In this document: piece by piece, positions 1 through 8,995 of the stretch
Layout: each line of letters starts with the position of its first letter
How positions within the stretch are numbered: position 1 is the first letter of the stretch
From: a virus
Taxonomy: Duplodnaviria > Heunggongvirae > Uroviricota > Caudoviricetes
Reading direction: 5' to 3' (one strand)
DNA length: 36,377 nucleotides
IMG/VR virus record: IMGVR_UViG_2917398303_000003
Translations under genes and position numbers: made by a program
Notes under the pieces: model-generated
What the model was told of the DNA's origin: nothing
The model's input: the letters and a program-made list of their open reading frames with translations, nothing else
Database searches by the model: none

Positions 1-1053
1 TTACGGGGTAATGCCAACCGCTGCCGCCACTTTGTCGCCACTTGGCAGCGTTGCCAGAGGATTGAAACGGAGCGCCGTTTCCAGATGATCCGGTGCCAGA
101 TGTGCGTAACGCATAGTCATTTTTATATCGTGGTGTCCGAGAATTTTTTGTAAGGCCAGAATGTTTCCACCCGACATCATGAAGTGCGCCGCAAACGTAT
201 GGCGCAGAACGTGTGTGAGTTGACCGCGAGGGAGCACGATAGACGTTTTTTCCATCACGGATAAAAATTGAAAATAGCAATCTGTGAAGAAATTGAACCC
301 ATCAAGCGCCATGATCTCTTCGTAAAGCTCTTTACTGATAGGGATGCTTCTGTTTTTCTTCCCCTTCGTTCTGACAAAGGTAATTCGGTATTTGGTCACC
401 TGTGAGCGGGTAAGATTTACGGCTTCACGCCATCGTGCGCCTGTGCTTAAGCATATCTTAACTACCAGTGCCAGAATTGGGTCCTGACGTTTGCAATCAG
501 CCAGCAATTCAACAATCTGCTCATGGGTAAGCCATGCCATCTCTTTTTCTGCGATGGTGAATTTTCGCATGTTCTCCAGTGGGTTCGGATACGACCATTC
601 GCCCAGACGGGATAGTTCGCTAAAAACACTACTTAGATAGCTTTGCTCCAGGTTAATGGTGACCGGGCTGGCTCCTTTCTTCCATTTCTCGCTGAAGTAG
701 ATCTCACCTGTCAGTCGTTTATCTCGATAATGGGCAAACATTTTAGATGTGAGATCGGTTGCAAGGGGATTGCCCAGAGCGTCAACCATCAGCAGCAATT
801 TGTCATAGACATGCTGCCCAGCAGTCAGAGATTTACCATGTAGTTTGAACCATAGTTCAACTACGTCTTTCAGTGTTCGACGATCCACTGATTCACCCAG
901 CCAGGGCTTTGCTTCGGTTTCTTCCATCGTGTGGCGCTCAAAAGCCAGAGCTTCGCCTTTGGTGGCGAATTGTTTACGCACACGACGCCCACTGCGTCCG
1001 GCGGGGTAACATTCGCAAAGCCATTTTCCTGTGGTGAGTTTTCGTACTGCCAT
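1..1053 (-). CDS. int: Tyrosine integrase (P2/186 Int family)
   Basis: ORF track 1..1131 (-). Start placed at the internal Met (MAVRKLTTGKW...) at 1053, which has a GGAGGG RBS 7 nt upstream; stop is at 1-3. C-terminal catalytic region HVLRHTFAAHF...GHHDIKMTMRYAHL fits the tyrosine-recombinase R-H-R-Y signature. Position at the prophage end next to cI. Confidence 0.9.
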   Translation of the reverse strand: MAVRKLTTGKWLCECYPAGRSGRRVRKQFATKGEALAFERHTMEETEAKPWLGESVDRRTLKDVVELWFKLHGKSLTAGQHVYDKLLLMVDALGNPLATDLTSKMFAHYRDKRLTGEIYFSEKWKKGASPVTINLEQSYLSSVFSELSRLGEWSYPNPLENMRKFTIAEKEMAWLTHEQIVELLADCKRQDPILALVVKICLSTGARWREAVNLTRSQVTKYRITFVRTKGKKNRSIPISKELYEEIMALDGFNFFTDCYFQFLSVMEKTSIVLPRGQLTHVLRHTFAAHFMMSGGNILALQKILGHHDIKMTMRYAHLAPDHLETALRFNPLATLPSGDKVAAAVGITP

Positions 1054-1239
1054 AAAAAATGCCCTCCAGTAGAGAGCATTTTTACTGTATGTATAACCAG
1101 TGTCAATGTATGAAATCCTGCGACCATACATCTCACTGAAGCCATAATGAAGTTAGCTATTTTTTGCTATGTGAGTATGTGACTTTTGCGGTTAGCCTGC
1201 GGCTCATTGTTATATTAGGCGCAGATATAAAAGCAAAAT

Positions 1240-1431
1240 TTATCGCGAGTTTTTAGTACAGATTTTTTTTGATTTACTAATAGTTCCATCATTGCAAACG
1301 AACTTTCCATCGGAGGTACAGTGAGAGACACCTCCCTTTTTCCCAGAACAAGGATAATTTTTAGCATAGGTAGTTAGTGGGTTTAATAACAAAGAGCATG
1401 ATAAAACCACAAAAAATACCTTACCAAGCAT
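1240..1431 (-). CDS. Small secreted basic Cys-rich peptide (63 aa, predicted signal peptide); cargo between cI and int
   Basis: ORF track. N-terminal [23 protein letters not shown] looks like a Sec signal peptide. Predicted mature part is ~40 aa, Lys-rich with 4 Cys. GGAGG RBS 5 nt upstream of the ATG. Starts 16 nt after the cI stop on the same strand. Region is AT-rich by eye. Confidence 0.5.
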   Translation of the reverse strand: MLGKVFFVVLSCSLLLNPLTTYAKNYPCSGKKGGVSHCTSDGKFVCNDGTISKSKKICTKNSR

Positions 1432-1446
1432 AGTTTCCTCCCGGTA

Positions 1447-2103
1447 TTACCTAACGTACTTAATTGTTAAACTTATAATTTTACCAATTATTTCAACATC
1501 TTCTATCTTGCACTCGAAGGCTCTGTTTCCACCTTCAACGAAGATTCTTCCACCGGGTAAACGAGTAATGTCGCGGATTGTTATTTCGCCATCAATACTT
1601 ATTACCCATTTACCATCACGTATATCATCAAATTCTTTATCACAAATAAATTCAGAATTGTTATCTGTGATGACAAAAGGTTTTTTAAACGTAGAGGGTA
1701 GAAATCCCTTATCAAAAATATAAAAACCGTCTTCACGCAAGGCACCATCAGATAATACATATTTAGCAACTTCCATAGTATTTGTATTACCTGAAGTTTG
1801 CTTTGAACCATGTCCAGTTGTGAGCCAATTAAGCGAGGTGCCCGTTTCAAGGGCGCACTGGATTACCCAATCTGCCGGAAAAATATCACGCATATAGCGC
1901 GTTGCCATGGTGCTCTTAGAAACACCTAAATGATCACAGAGAGCCTGACGGGTACCGAACCCATATGCTTCAACCAAACGTTCTATGGCTTTCTTACCGC
2001 CGCTATTGAAATCCACATGTCCTCCAAAGAAATCCAAAATTCGTTGACAGATTCCAAAAGCGATCTTAAAGTTGAACCAGAAGTGTTCTTTTGGAGCCTT
2101 CAC
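1447..2103 (-). CDS. cI: CI-type immunity repressor (HTH); start codon uncertain (GTG at 2103 per track, or GTG at 2016 giving 189 aa)
   Basis: ORF track. HTH-like segment AIERLVEAYGFGTRQALCDHLGVSKSTMATRY. Divergent from apl/cII in the 186-type switch arrangement. An alternative in-frame GTG at 2016 is preceded by GGAGGA. Confidence 0.75.
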   Translation of the reverse strand: MKAPKEHFWFNFKIAFGICQRILDFFGGHVDFNSGGKKAIERLVEAYGFGTRQALCDHLGVSKSTMATRYMRDIFPADWVIQCALETGTSLNWLTTGHGSKQTSGNTNTMEVAKYVLSDGALREDGFYIFDKGFLPSTFKKPFVITDNNSEFICDKEFDDIRDGKWVISIDGEITIRDITRLPGGRIFVEGGNRAFECKIEDVEIIGKIISLTIKYVR

Positions 2104-2161
2104 TACTAATCACGACAAACAACGGCTCGCCACAAGCCATATCTAGAAGGAATGTTGCCTT
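2104..2161. promoter_or_regulatory. Lysis/lysogeny switch region between divergent cI and apl (expected pR/pL promoters and operators)
   Basis: Inferred from position between the repressor gene (-) and the apl/cII operon (+). Individual promoter hexamers and operators were not resolved. Confidence 0.4.
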
Positions 2162-2365
2162 ATGACACCTAACATTTCAATTACTCTGAATACACCACAT
2201 GTCACAATCGAACGTTATAGCGAACTGACTGGCCTTTCTATTGATACGATTAACGACATGTTGGCTGATGGCCGACTACCTCGTCATCGTCTTCGTAAAG
2301 ACAAAAAACGTGAAAAGGTAATGATTAACCTGGCTGCTCTGACTGTTGATGCTTTGTCTGCTTAA
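2162..2365 (+). CDS. apl: Apl/Cox-like small HTH excisionase and transcriptional regulator
   Basis: ORF track (67 aa). First gene of the rightward early operon, immediately upstream of cII as in phage 186. Basic C-terminus ([15 protein letters not shown]). Confidence 0.55.
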   Translation: MTPNISITLNTPHVTIERYSELTGLSIDTINDMLADGRLPRHRLRKDKKREKVMINLAALTVDALSA

Positions 2366-2429
2366 TAGACGTCTATTTTCGCAATAAGACGCTGAGTTCG
2401 ATTTTGCGATAAGTTCGGAGTTGAAAACC

Positions 2430-2939
2430 ATGTTTGATTACCAAGTTTCCAAACATCCACATTTTGATGAAGCCTGTCGTGCATTCGCACTGCGCCACAA
2501 TCTGGTGCAACTGGCAGAACGTGCGGGCATGAATGTGCAGATTCTGCGGAACAAGCTGAACCCAGCTCAACCTCATTTATTAACCGCACCAGAAATCTGG
2601 CTGCTTACCGATCTGACTGAAGATTCAACGTTGGTAGATGGTTTTCTGGCACAGATTCATTGTCTGCCATGTGTACCGATTAATGAGGTAGCAAAAGAGA
2701 AACTGCCGCATTACGTCATGAGCGCAACTGCAGAGATCGGGCGTGTTGCAGCAGGTGCGGTATCTGGTGATGTAAAAACTAGTGCTGGTCGTCGTGATGC
2801 TATCAGCAGCATTAACTCTGTAACACGACTGATGGCGCTGGCTGCTGTTTCATTGCAGGCCCGTTTACAGGCTAATCCTGCGATGGCGAGTGCAGTTGAT
2901 ACCGTGACTGGCCTCGGTGCTTCATTCGGTTTGCTGTGA
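2430..2939 (+). CDS. cII: CII-like lysogeny establishment regulator (169 aa from the ATG at 2430)
   Basis: ORF track 2421..2939. ATG at 2430 has a GGAG 9 nt upstream and gives 169 aa, the length I recall for 186 CII. N-terminus [24 protein letters not shown] matches my recollection of 186 CII. Confidence 0.75.
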   Translation: MFDYQVSKHPHFDEACRAFALRHNLVQLAERAGMNVQILRNKLNPAQPHLLTAPEIWLLTDLTEDSTLVDGFLAQIHCLPCVPINEVAKEKLPHYVMSATAEIGRVAAGAVSGDVKTSAGRRDAISSINSVTRLMALAAVSLQARLQANPAMASAVDTVTGLGASFGLL

Positions 2940-2946
2940 GGTGCTT

Positions 2947-3243
2947 ATGCTGACGAAAGAACCATCATTTGCATCGCTGCTGGTAAAACAAAGCCCGGCA
3001 ATGCACTACGGTCACAGCTGGATCATGGGTGAGGATGGTAAACGCTGGCATCCATGTTATTCACAAGATGAATTGCTGTCTGAAGTGACCACGAGGAAAC
3101 GGAGAAAGTCCAAATGTATGCGGCAGAAAGTGAAGTGGTTTATCAGTTTCGTTACAGAGGGGAGAGTTATTCAGTACCTGAAGATGATTTGCTCTGTTGT
3201 TATCCGTCGTTGTCGGGAGATGGCAGTTACTTTTTCACGCTAA
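2947..3243 (+). CDS. Early-operon hypothetical protein (start at ATG 2947 with GAGG RBS); its 3' part overlaps the next ORF in another frame
   Basis: ORF track 2917..3243. The C-terminal ~45 aa are Arg/Cys-rich and look non-native, so the true end is uncertain. Confidence 0.35.
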   Translation: MLTKEPSFASLLVKQSPAMHYGHSWIMGEDGKRWHPCYSQDELLSEVTTRKRRKSKCMRQKVKWFISFVTEGRVIQYLKMICSVVIRRCREMAVTFSR

Positions 3244-3338
3244 AGGATGGGACGTTTTTACGGGGAGAGCAGGTTAAAGAGACGGTACGAAAAAATGTAT
3301 CTCCCCTTGAGCGTTACCGTAAGAACAAAGAACGATAG
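3114..3338 (+). CDS. Early-operon hypothetical protein (74 aa)
   Basis: ORF track. GGAG RBS 9 nt upstream of the ATG at 3114. Overlaps the previous ORF by ~130 nt in a different frame. Confidence 0.4.
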   Translation: MYAAESEVVYQFRYRGESYSVPEDDLLCCYPSLSGDGSYFFTLKDGTFLRGEQVKETVRKNVSPLERYRKNKER

Positions 3339-3360
3339 GTGCGTTTGGGGGATATGAAGT

Positions 3361-3702
3361 ATGGCAATTAATGGCGCTGCGGCGACTGTTTCATTAAGCC
3401 CCGGCGAACGCCTGAATGGACTTAATCATATTGCAGAGTTAAGGGCGAAAGTTTTTGGCCTGAATATTGAGTCAGAGCTTGAGCGGTTTATTAAGGATAT
3501 GCGTGATCCACGGGATATCAATAATGAACAAAATAAACGGGCACTGGCTGCCATATTCTTTATGGCAAAAATTCCAGCTGAACGTCATAGCATCAGCATT
3601 AATGAGCTGACCACTGACGAAAAGCGGGAGCTGATTAAAGCAATGAATCATTTTCGTGCAGTGGTGAGCTTATTTCCCAGACGGCTAACCATGCCGAATT
3701 AA
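3361..3702 (+). CDS. Early-operon hypothetical protein (113 aa)
   Basis: ORF track. Co-oriented in the early operon. Function not recognisable. Confidence 0.5.
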   Translation: MAINGAAATVSLSPGERLNGLNHIAELRAKVFGLNIESELERFIKDMRDPRDINNEQNKRALAAIFFMAKIPAERHSISINELTTDEKRELIKAMNHFRAVVSLFPRRLTMPN

Positions 3703-3769
3703 CCAACTAATGAAATTCATGGCGTAAACCCGCCGGGCATCCCTTTATCTAAATTCAGGAGAATTGAGT

Positions 3770-4003
3770 ATGCGTAATATTGAAACCCTCACGACTAAAA
3801 CCGGACCGGATGATGCAGGGCTTAATATTTTACTGACAGAGGCTCGTCTGGAAGAACGCCGGGCAAGGGCTGAAGCAATGGCAGCTCGCCTTGATAGCCT
3901 GGCGTGTCATATCACATTCCGCCAGCTAAACCACGTCGAAGCGGCAGAACTGCTGCGTGTGACTGCTGAAGCAATCCAGAACGAAGCGCAGGAGATCCAC
4001 TAA
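3770..4003 (+). CDS. Early-operon hypothetical protein (77 aa from ATG 3770)
   Basis: ORF track 3764..4003. AGGAG RBS 8 nt upstream of the ATG at 3770. Stop overlaps the next start (TAATG). Confidence 0.5.
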   Translation: MRNIETLTTKTGPDDAGLNILLTEARLEERRARAEAMAARLDSLACHITFRQLNHVEAAELLRVTAEAIQNEAQEIH

Positions 4004-4230
4004 TGGCTGATGCAATGGATCTCGTACAGCAGCGCGTTGAAGAAGAACGCCAGCGTCATATCCGTGCTGCCCGTGCCAGAACGCCGGGCGTGTCACGCGT
4101 GCTTTGCATTGAATGTGAAGCGCCAATTCCGCCAGCACGCCGCCGTGCCATTCCGGGTGTGCAGCTTTGCATTACCTGTCAGGAAATCGCAGAGCTGAAA
4201 GGCAAACATTACAACGGAGGTGCTGTATGA
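4003..4230 (+). CDS. TraR/DksA-family C4 zinc-finger protein
   Basis: ORF track (75 aa). Two Cys pairs, CIEC...(17 aa)...CITC, as in the TraR/DksA zinc finger. This protein is common in P2-like early operons. Confidence 0.7.
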   Translation: MADAMDLVQQRVEEERQRHIRAARARTPGVSRVLCIECEAPIPPARRRAIPGVQLCITCQEIAELKGKHYNGGAV

Positions 4231-5084
4231 GCACCATCCTGAAATGGGCGGGAAATAAAACCGCCATTATGTCCGAACTGAAAAAACATCTTCCTGCTGG
4301 CCCGCGACTGGTTGAACCTTTCGCGGGTTCATGTGCTGTGATGATGGAGACGGATTATCCCAGCTATCTGGTTGCGGATATTAATCCTGATTTAATCAAC
4401 CTCTATAAAAAGGTTGCCGCTGATTGTGAATCGTTTATATCTCGCGCCAGAGTTTTATTTGAGGAAGCAAACAGGGAGGTGGCTTATTACAACATAAGGC
4501 AGGAGTTTAATTACTCCACTGAAATTACTGATTTCATGAAAGCGGTATATTTCCTGTATCTCAATCGTCATGGTTACCGTGGGTTATGTCGCTATAACAA
4601 GAGCGGGCATTTCAACATTCCGTACGGTAATTATAAAAATCCGTATTTCCCTGAAAAAGAAATTCGCGCATTTGCAGAGAAAGCCCAGCGGGCAACGTTT
4701 ATCTGCGCGAGCTTTGATGAAACGCTGGCGATGCTGCAGGTGGGAGATGTGGTGTATTGCGATCCGCCTTATGACGGCACGTTTTCCGGTTATCACACTG
4801 ACGGCTTCACTGAAGATGACCAGTATCACCTGGCATCCGTTCTTGAACATCGATCATCTGAAGGTCATCCGGTCATTGTTTCTAACAGTGACACATCCCT
4901 GATTCGTTCGCTGTATCGCAATTTCACTCACCACTACATCAAGGCAAAACGCAGCATCGGCGTGTCGGCTGGCGAGAGTAAATCTGCAACAGAAATCATT
5001 GCTGTTTCCGGGGCGCGCTGCTGGGTGGGATTTGATCCTTCGCGTGGCGTGGATAGTTCTGCTGTGTACGAGGTGCGTGTATGA
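4227..5084 (+). CDS. dam: DNA adenine methyltransferase (Dam-like, N6-adenine MTase)
   Basis: ORF track 4167..5084. ATG at 4227 has a GGAGG RBS. SAM-binding EPFAGSCAV motif near the N-terminus and catalytic DPPY motif (CDPPYDGT). Confidence 0.85.
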   Translation: MSTILKWAGNKTAIMSELKKHLPAGPRLVEPFAGSCAVMMETDYPSYLVADINPDLINLYKKVAADCESFISRARVLFEEANREVAYYNIRQEFNYSTEITDFMKAVYFLYLNRHGYRGLCRYNKSGHFNIPYGNYKNPYFPEKEIRAFAEKAQRATFICASFDETLAMLQVGDVVYCDPPYDGTFSGYHTDGFTEDDQYHLASVLEHRSSEGHPVIVSNSDTSLIRSLYRNFTHHYIKAKRSIGVSAGESKSATEIIAVSGARCWVGFDPSRGVDSSAVYEVRV

Positions 5085-7264
5085 GTCATGCCGATATGAG
5101 CGACTCTAGCGGCTTTAACGAGGCCGCTGCAGCATTTTCATGGAACGGCCCGAAAAAGGCCATAAACCCTTATCTGGACCCGGCGGAAGTTGCGCCGGTT
5201 TCTGCGCTTTCAAACCTGATCACTCTGTATGCTGCCGATAACGAGCAGGAACAGCTGCGCCGCGAGGAATTGAGTGAACAGGTCTGGGAGCGTTATTTCT
5301 TTAATGAATCCCGTGATCCTGTCCAGCGCGAAATGGAGCAGGATAAGCTCATTAGTCGGGCAAAGCTGGCGCATGAGCAGCAGCGTTTTAACCCGGACAT
5401 GGTCATTCTGGCGGACGTCAGCGCCCAGCCCACCCACATCAGCAAGCCGCTGATGCAACGTATCGAATACTTCAGCAGCCTGGGCAGGCCAAAGGCTTAT
5501 TCCCGCTATTTGCGTGAGACGATTAAGCCATGTCTGGAGCGACTGGATTGTGTACGCGACAGTCAGCTATCTACTTCTTTCCGTTTTATGGCAAGCCATC
5601 AAGGGCTGGAGGGCCTGCTGATCCTGCCTGAAATGAGTCAGGATCAGGTGAAACGCCTGTCCACCCTGGTAGCTGCGCATATGAGCATGTGTCTTGAGGC
5701 CGCTTGTGGTGATTTGTATACCAACGATGACGTAAAGCCAGAAGAAATCCGCAAGACATGGGAAAAAGTGGCAGCGGAAACCCTGCGTCTGGATGTTATC
5801 CCGCCTGCGTTTGAGAAACTTCGTCGGAAAAGAAACCGCCGCAAACCTGTGCCCTATGAACTCATACCGGGTTCGCTGGCACGTATGCTTTGCGCCGACT
5901 GGTGGTATCGAAAATTGTGGAAGATGCGTTGCGAATGGCGGGAAGAGCAGTTGCGCGCTGTCTGCCTGGTCAGCAAAAAAGCATCTCCTTATGTCAGCTA
6001 TGAAGCCGTGATGCATAAACGTGAGCAGCGCCGTAAGTCGCTGGAGTTTTTCCGTTCTCATGAACTGGTGAACGAAGACGGCGACACGCTGGACATGGAG
6101 GATGTGGTAAACGCCAGCAGCAGCAACCCTGCGCATCGCCGCAATGAGATGATGGCCTGTGTTAAAGGTCTGGAACTTATCGCGGAAATGCGCGGTGACT
6201 GCGCCGTTTTCTACACCATCACCTGTCCGTCACGTTTCCATTCCACGCTAAATAACGGCAGGCCCAACCCGACCTGGACAAATGCGACGGTAAGACAAAG
6301 CAGTGATTATTTGGTCGGCATGTTTGCTGCATTTCGTAAGGCGATGCACAAAGCCGGATTGCGCTGGTATGGCGTGCGGGTGGCTGAGCCGCATCATGAC
6401 GGTACAGTTCACTGGCACCTGTTGTGTTTTATGCGCAAAAAAGACCGCCGCGCCATCACTGCATTACTGCGTAAGTTTGCCATCCGTGAAGACCGCGAGG
6501 AGCTGGGCAATAACACGGGGCCGCGCTTTAAGTCTGAGTTGATTAACCCGCGCAAAGGAACGCCGACAAGCTACATCGCGAAATATATCAGTAAGAACAT
6601 TGACGGGCGTGGTCTGGCTAGCGAGATCAGCAAGGAAACGGGTAAATCCCTGCGTGATAACGCTGAATACGTGAATGCCTGGGCGTCTCTGCATCGTGTT
6701 CAGCAATTCCGCTTCTTTGGTATTCCGGGGCGTCAGGCTTATCGTGAACTGCGATTGCTGGCTGGTCAGGCGGCAAGGCAGCAGGGTGACAAAAAAGCAG
6801 GTGCGCCGGTACTGGATAACCCACGCCTTGATGCCATCCTGGCTGCTGCTGATGCTGGTTGTTTTGCCACCTACATCATGAAGCAGGGGGGCGTACTGGT
6901 TCCCCGCAAATATCACCTCATCAGAACCGCTTATGAAATCAACGAAGAGCCGACCGCCTATGGTGATCACGGCATTCGTATTTATGGCATCTGGTCACCC
7001 ATTGCAGAGGGCAAGATCTGTACTCATGCAGTGAAGTGGAAAATGGTTCGTAAGGCCGTTGACGTTAAGGAGGCGGCAGCCGACCAGGGCGCTTGCGCCC
7101 CTTGGACTCGTGGCAATAACTGTCCCCTTGGACTCGTGGCAATAACTGTCCCCTTGCTGAAAATTTGTACCAACAAGGGAAAGACAAATCAGCTGATGGG
7201 GATACCAGAACGGATATCACCCGTATGGATGACAAGGAGTTGCACGATTACCTGCACAGTATGA
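5081..7264 (+). CDS. A: Replication initiation protein A (rolling-circle HUH endonuclease), reading frame interrupted near the 3' end
   Basis: ORF track (727 aa). HUH-like motif TVHWHLLCF and paired tyrosines YIAKYISK. Start overlaps the dam stop (ATGA). Position matches P2 gene A. The last ~55 codons are read through a 26-bp tandem duplication and look frameshifted. Confidence 0.85.
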   Translation: MSHADMSDSSGFNEAAAAFSWNGPKKAINPYLDPAEVAPVSALSNLITLYAADNEQEQLRREELSEQVWERYFFNESRDPVQREMEQDKLISRAKLAHEQQRFNPDMVILADVSAQPTHISKPLMQRIEYFSSLGRPKAYSRYLRETIKPCLERLDCVRDSQLSTSFRFMASHQGLEGLLILPEMSQDQVKRLSTLVAAHMSMCLEAACGDLYTNDDVKPEEIRKTWEKVAAETLRLDVIPPAFEKLRRKRNRRKPVPYELIPGSLARMLCADWWYRKLWKMRCEWREEQLRAVCLVSKKASPYVSYEAVMHKREQRRKSLEFFRSHELVNEDGDTLDMEDVVNASSSNPAHRRNEMMACVKGLELIAEMRGDCAVFYTITCPSRFHSTLNNGRPNPTWTNATVRQSSDYLVGMFAAFRKAMHKAGLRWYGVRVAEPHHDGTVHWHLLCFMRKKDRRAITALLRKFAIREDREELGNNTGPRFKSELINPRKGTPTSYIAKYISKNIDGRGLASEISKETGKSLRDNAEYVNAWASLHRVQQFRFFGIPGRQAYRELRLLAGQAARQQGDKKAGAPVLDNPRLDAILAAADAGCFATYIMKQGGVLVPRKYHLIRTAYEINEEPTAYGDHGIRIYGIWSPIAEGKICTHAVKWKMVRKAVDVKEAAADQGACAPWTRGNNCPLGLVAITVPLLKICTNKGKTNQLMGIPERISPVWMTRSCTITCTV
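7101..7152 (+). repeat. Exact 26-bp direct tandem duplication (2 copies of cttggactcgtggcaataactgtccc) inside the 3' part of gene A
   Basis: Read directly: 7101..7126 and 7127..7152 are identical, followed by a partial third copy (cttg). Confidence 0.9.
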
Positions 7265-7521
7265 ACAAAAAAGAGCGCCGGGAACTGGCTGCAAGGTTAC
7301 GCCTGGTGAAACCGAAACGGCGTAGAGACTACAAACAGCGAATTACAGACCATCAACGACAGCAGCTCGTCTATGAACTGAAGTCCAGAGGATTTGATGG
7401 CAGCGAGAAAGAGGTCGATTTACTCCTTCGCGGCGGCAGCATTCCGTCAGGAGCAGGCCAGCGTGTCTTCTATCGGAACCAGCGTTTGCAGGAAGATGAT
7501 AAGTGGCGGAACTTGTATTAA
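7153..7521 (+). pseudogene. A: Displaced C-terminal segment of A (frame restored if one 26-bp repeat copy is removed)
   Basis: ORF track 7165..7521 (118 aa). Its frame is open upstream back through the repeat. Removing 26 bp puts it in frame with the A ORF. Confidence 0.6.
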
Positions 7522-7616
7522 TTACGCTGATTAACAATTAATGCTCTAAATAATAAGCAAAGGATAAATCCTATTGATTTTAAAAAAACTTTTTACTTTA
7601 ACGATATTATTATGTA

Positions 7617-7632
7617 CTGTATGTAAAACCAG
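7617..7632 (+). promoter_or_regulatory. LexA-box-like motif (CTGT-N8-CCAG) in an AT-rich promoter-like region upstream of the DinI-like pair
   Basis: Sequence CTGTATGTAAAACCAG; the LexA consensus is CTGT-N8-ACAG, so there is one mismatch in the right half-site. Overlapping TATTAT hexamers lie at 7605..7613. Confidence 0.35.
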
Positions 7633-7679
7633 TGGTTAAGTATACAGTATTGTCTACCCACAGTGAGATAGGAGGGAAG

Positions 7680-7868
7680 ATGCAGGATTATTTTTTGGAG
7701 TCGTTGAAACTCCAGCGAATTGATTTTTTTCTTAAGCTTGTAGTGGCCAGTGAATGTAGTGATCAGGAAAAAGAGCTTGCGCTGCTTTGGATTTCAGAAC
7801 TGACGGATGAACTCATGGCAAAAATCAGAACCCACGAATATAACCGCTCAATGGATGTTGTTAACTGA
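7680..7868 (+). CDS. Hypothetical protein (62 aa from ATG 7680), first gene of a putative SOS-inducible pair
   Basis: ORF track 7632..7868. ATG at 7680 has a GGAGGG RBS. Confidence 0.5.
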   Translation: MQDYFLESLKLQRIDFFLKLVVASECSDQEKELALLWISELTDELMAKIRTHEYNRSMDVVN

Positions 7869-7878
7869 GGGGTAATTT

Positions 7879-8112
7879 ATGCGCATTGAAATAATGATCG
7901 ATAAAGAGCAAAAAATTAGCCAGTCTACCCTGGACGCCCTTGAATCCGAGCTTTACCGCAATCTGCGCCCCTTGTATCCAAAAACGGTAATCCGCATCCG
8001 CAAAGGTAGCTCTAACGGTGTGGAACTGACCGGACTGAAACTGGACGAAGAAAAAAAACAAGTGATGAAAATTATGCAGAAGGTGTGGGAAGACGACAGC
8101 TGGCTGCATTAA
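7879..8112 (+). CDS. DinI-family protein (Tum C-terminal domain-like)
   Basis: ORF track (77 aa). MRIEIMIDK...LDALESEL...KIMQKVWEDDSWLH aligns by eye with E. coli DinI (MRIEV...IDALAGEL...ILQETWESADDW). GAGGGG RBS 6 nt upstream. Confidence 0.7.
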   Translation: MRIEIMIDKEQKISQSTLDALESELYRNLRPLYPKTVIRIRKGSSNGVELTGLKLDEEKKQVMKIMQKVWEDDSWLH

Positions 8113-8225
8113 GAAACGTTGCCCCCAGGAGGATTCATTCTGATGGGGGCTAGTTTGGGCAACGAGTGAAACGAGGTGTAAGGTGGTCGGCCTGTTGGCA
8201 ACGTTGAAAAGCGAAAGCCGCAATA

Positions 8226-8645
8226 CTATAAATTAGTTTTTATTAGATAGTGCCTTTGTGCCCCTGCTTTAGGGAAATCAGGTAATGACATTTGAAGTAT
8301 ATAACCCTGTTTTTCATAAAAGGGGAGCGCCTGGAAGCTAAATGTATCGACAAGGCCATGAATACAACCGTTCATCAAACCTTCTTTCTCAGCCATGCTC
8401 ATAAGTTTGCTACCCAAACCGCCACTCCGTGCTGATTCACTCACCCAAAGATAATCAATACACAGCCATGGACCTTTCCTGTCCGCAATTAATCCACCTA
8501 CCATCTCTCCGATTTCATTTCTGCAGTAGACACCGATCTGTCCATTTTTACTAAAATCGATAAACTGAGCATTATAGCTTCTTAGCCCCGCTAACAGTTC
8601 TTCTCTATCATATTCAGTAACTTTATGAACTACTTGAATGTCCAT
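8226..8645 (-). CDS. GNAT-family N-acetyltransferase (139 aa), standalone cargo gene
   Basis: ORF track. Acetyl-CoA-binding motif of the R-x-x-G-x-G/A type ([11 protein letters not shown]). Opposite strand to neighbours. No adjacent small partner ORF is visible. Confidence 0.7.
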   Translation of the reverse strand: MDIQVVHKVTEYDREELLAGLRSYNAQFIDFSKNGQIGVYCRNEIGEMVGGLIADRKGPWLCIDYLWVSESARSGGLGSKLMSMAEKEGLMNGCIHGLVDTFSFQALPFYEKQGYILQMSLPDFPKAGAQRHYLIKTNL

Positions 8646-8905
8646 ACATATCCGTTTTAGTGATTATTTTATTCAGTGCTAAATGTTATAGATAAGTTTC
8701 CTTTATGTTTCAATGCATTGTTGTAAATTAAATCAATTTACCATTTCCGGGTCCCCGTTCCTTGCTCACAGCGAACCTTTAGCTTTGTTAGCTCGAATGT
8801 GTCGGTTTTCAAGTGGTCAATCAGATACGTACCTTCACCCCACTCGTTAGTGCATGTCTATGCCGCATGAATCCGCATGATCGTTTGAGGATCGTTTTTG
8901 CTGAG

Positions 8906-8931
8906 GCCCCCCCAGAACTGGCGGGCTTTTT
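8906..8931 (+). terminator. Candidate rho-independent terminator (GC-rich imperfect stem followed by TTTTT)
   Basis: ggcccccccagaactggcgggc can form a ~6-bp GC stem with one bulge, followed by ttttt at 8927..8931. Lies in the GC-richer cos-proximal segment. Confidence 0.3.
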
Positions 8932-8976
8932 GCTTATGTCATGCAGGTGCATGAAAATCACTGCATAAAGCGGGCA

Positions 8977-8995
8977 GGCGTGGCGGGGATACGAG
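8977..8995. other. Candidate cos site (19-nt cohesive-end sequence, P2/186-like)
   Basis: GGCGTGGCGGGGATACGAG followed by CGCGCGCT. From memory, the P2 left end is GGCGAGGCGGGGAAAGCAC followed by TGCGCGCT, and the 186 end begins GGCGTGGCGGGGA. Recollection only, not verified. Confidence 0.45.

Noticed and set aside
1054-1131. N-terminal extension of int to the upstream start at 1131
   Set aside because: The internal Met at 1053 has a GGAGGG RBS and gives the conserved MAVRKLTTGKW N-terminus with a typical ~350-aa length. The extension has no RBS.
5210-6970. Several minus-strand and alternative-frame ORFs (e.g. 5567..6136, 6464..6970) within replication gene A
   Set aside because: They overlap a clearly coding plus-strand gene with recognisable HUH and Tyr motifs, and have no independent start signals. 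Treated as shadow ORFs.
7641-7665. Second possible LexA box (acag...acag) downstream of the first
   Set aside because: Lacks the CTGT left half-site and has the wrong spacing. Not a credible operator.
8226-8645. GNAT as the toxin of a GNAT/RHH toxin-antitoxin pair
   Set aside because: No small antitoxin-like ORF is visible adjacent on the same strand (nothing of 60 aa or more in 8646..9066). Only the standalone acetyltransferase call is supported.
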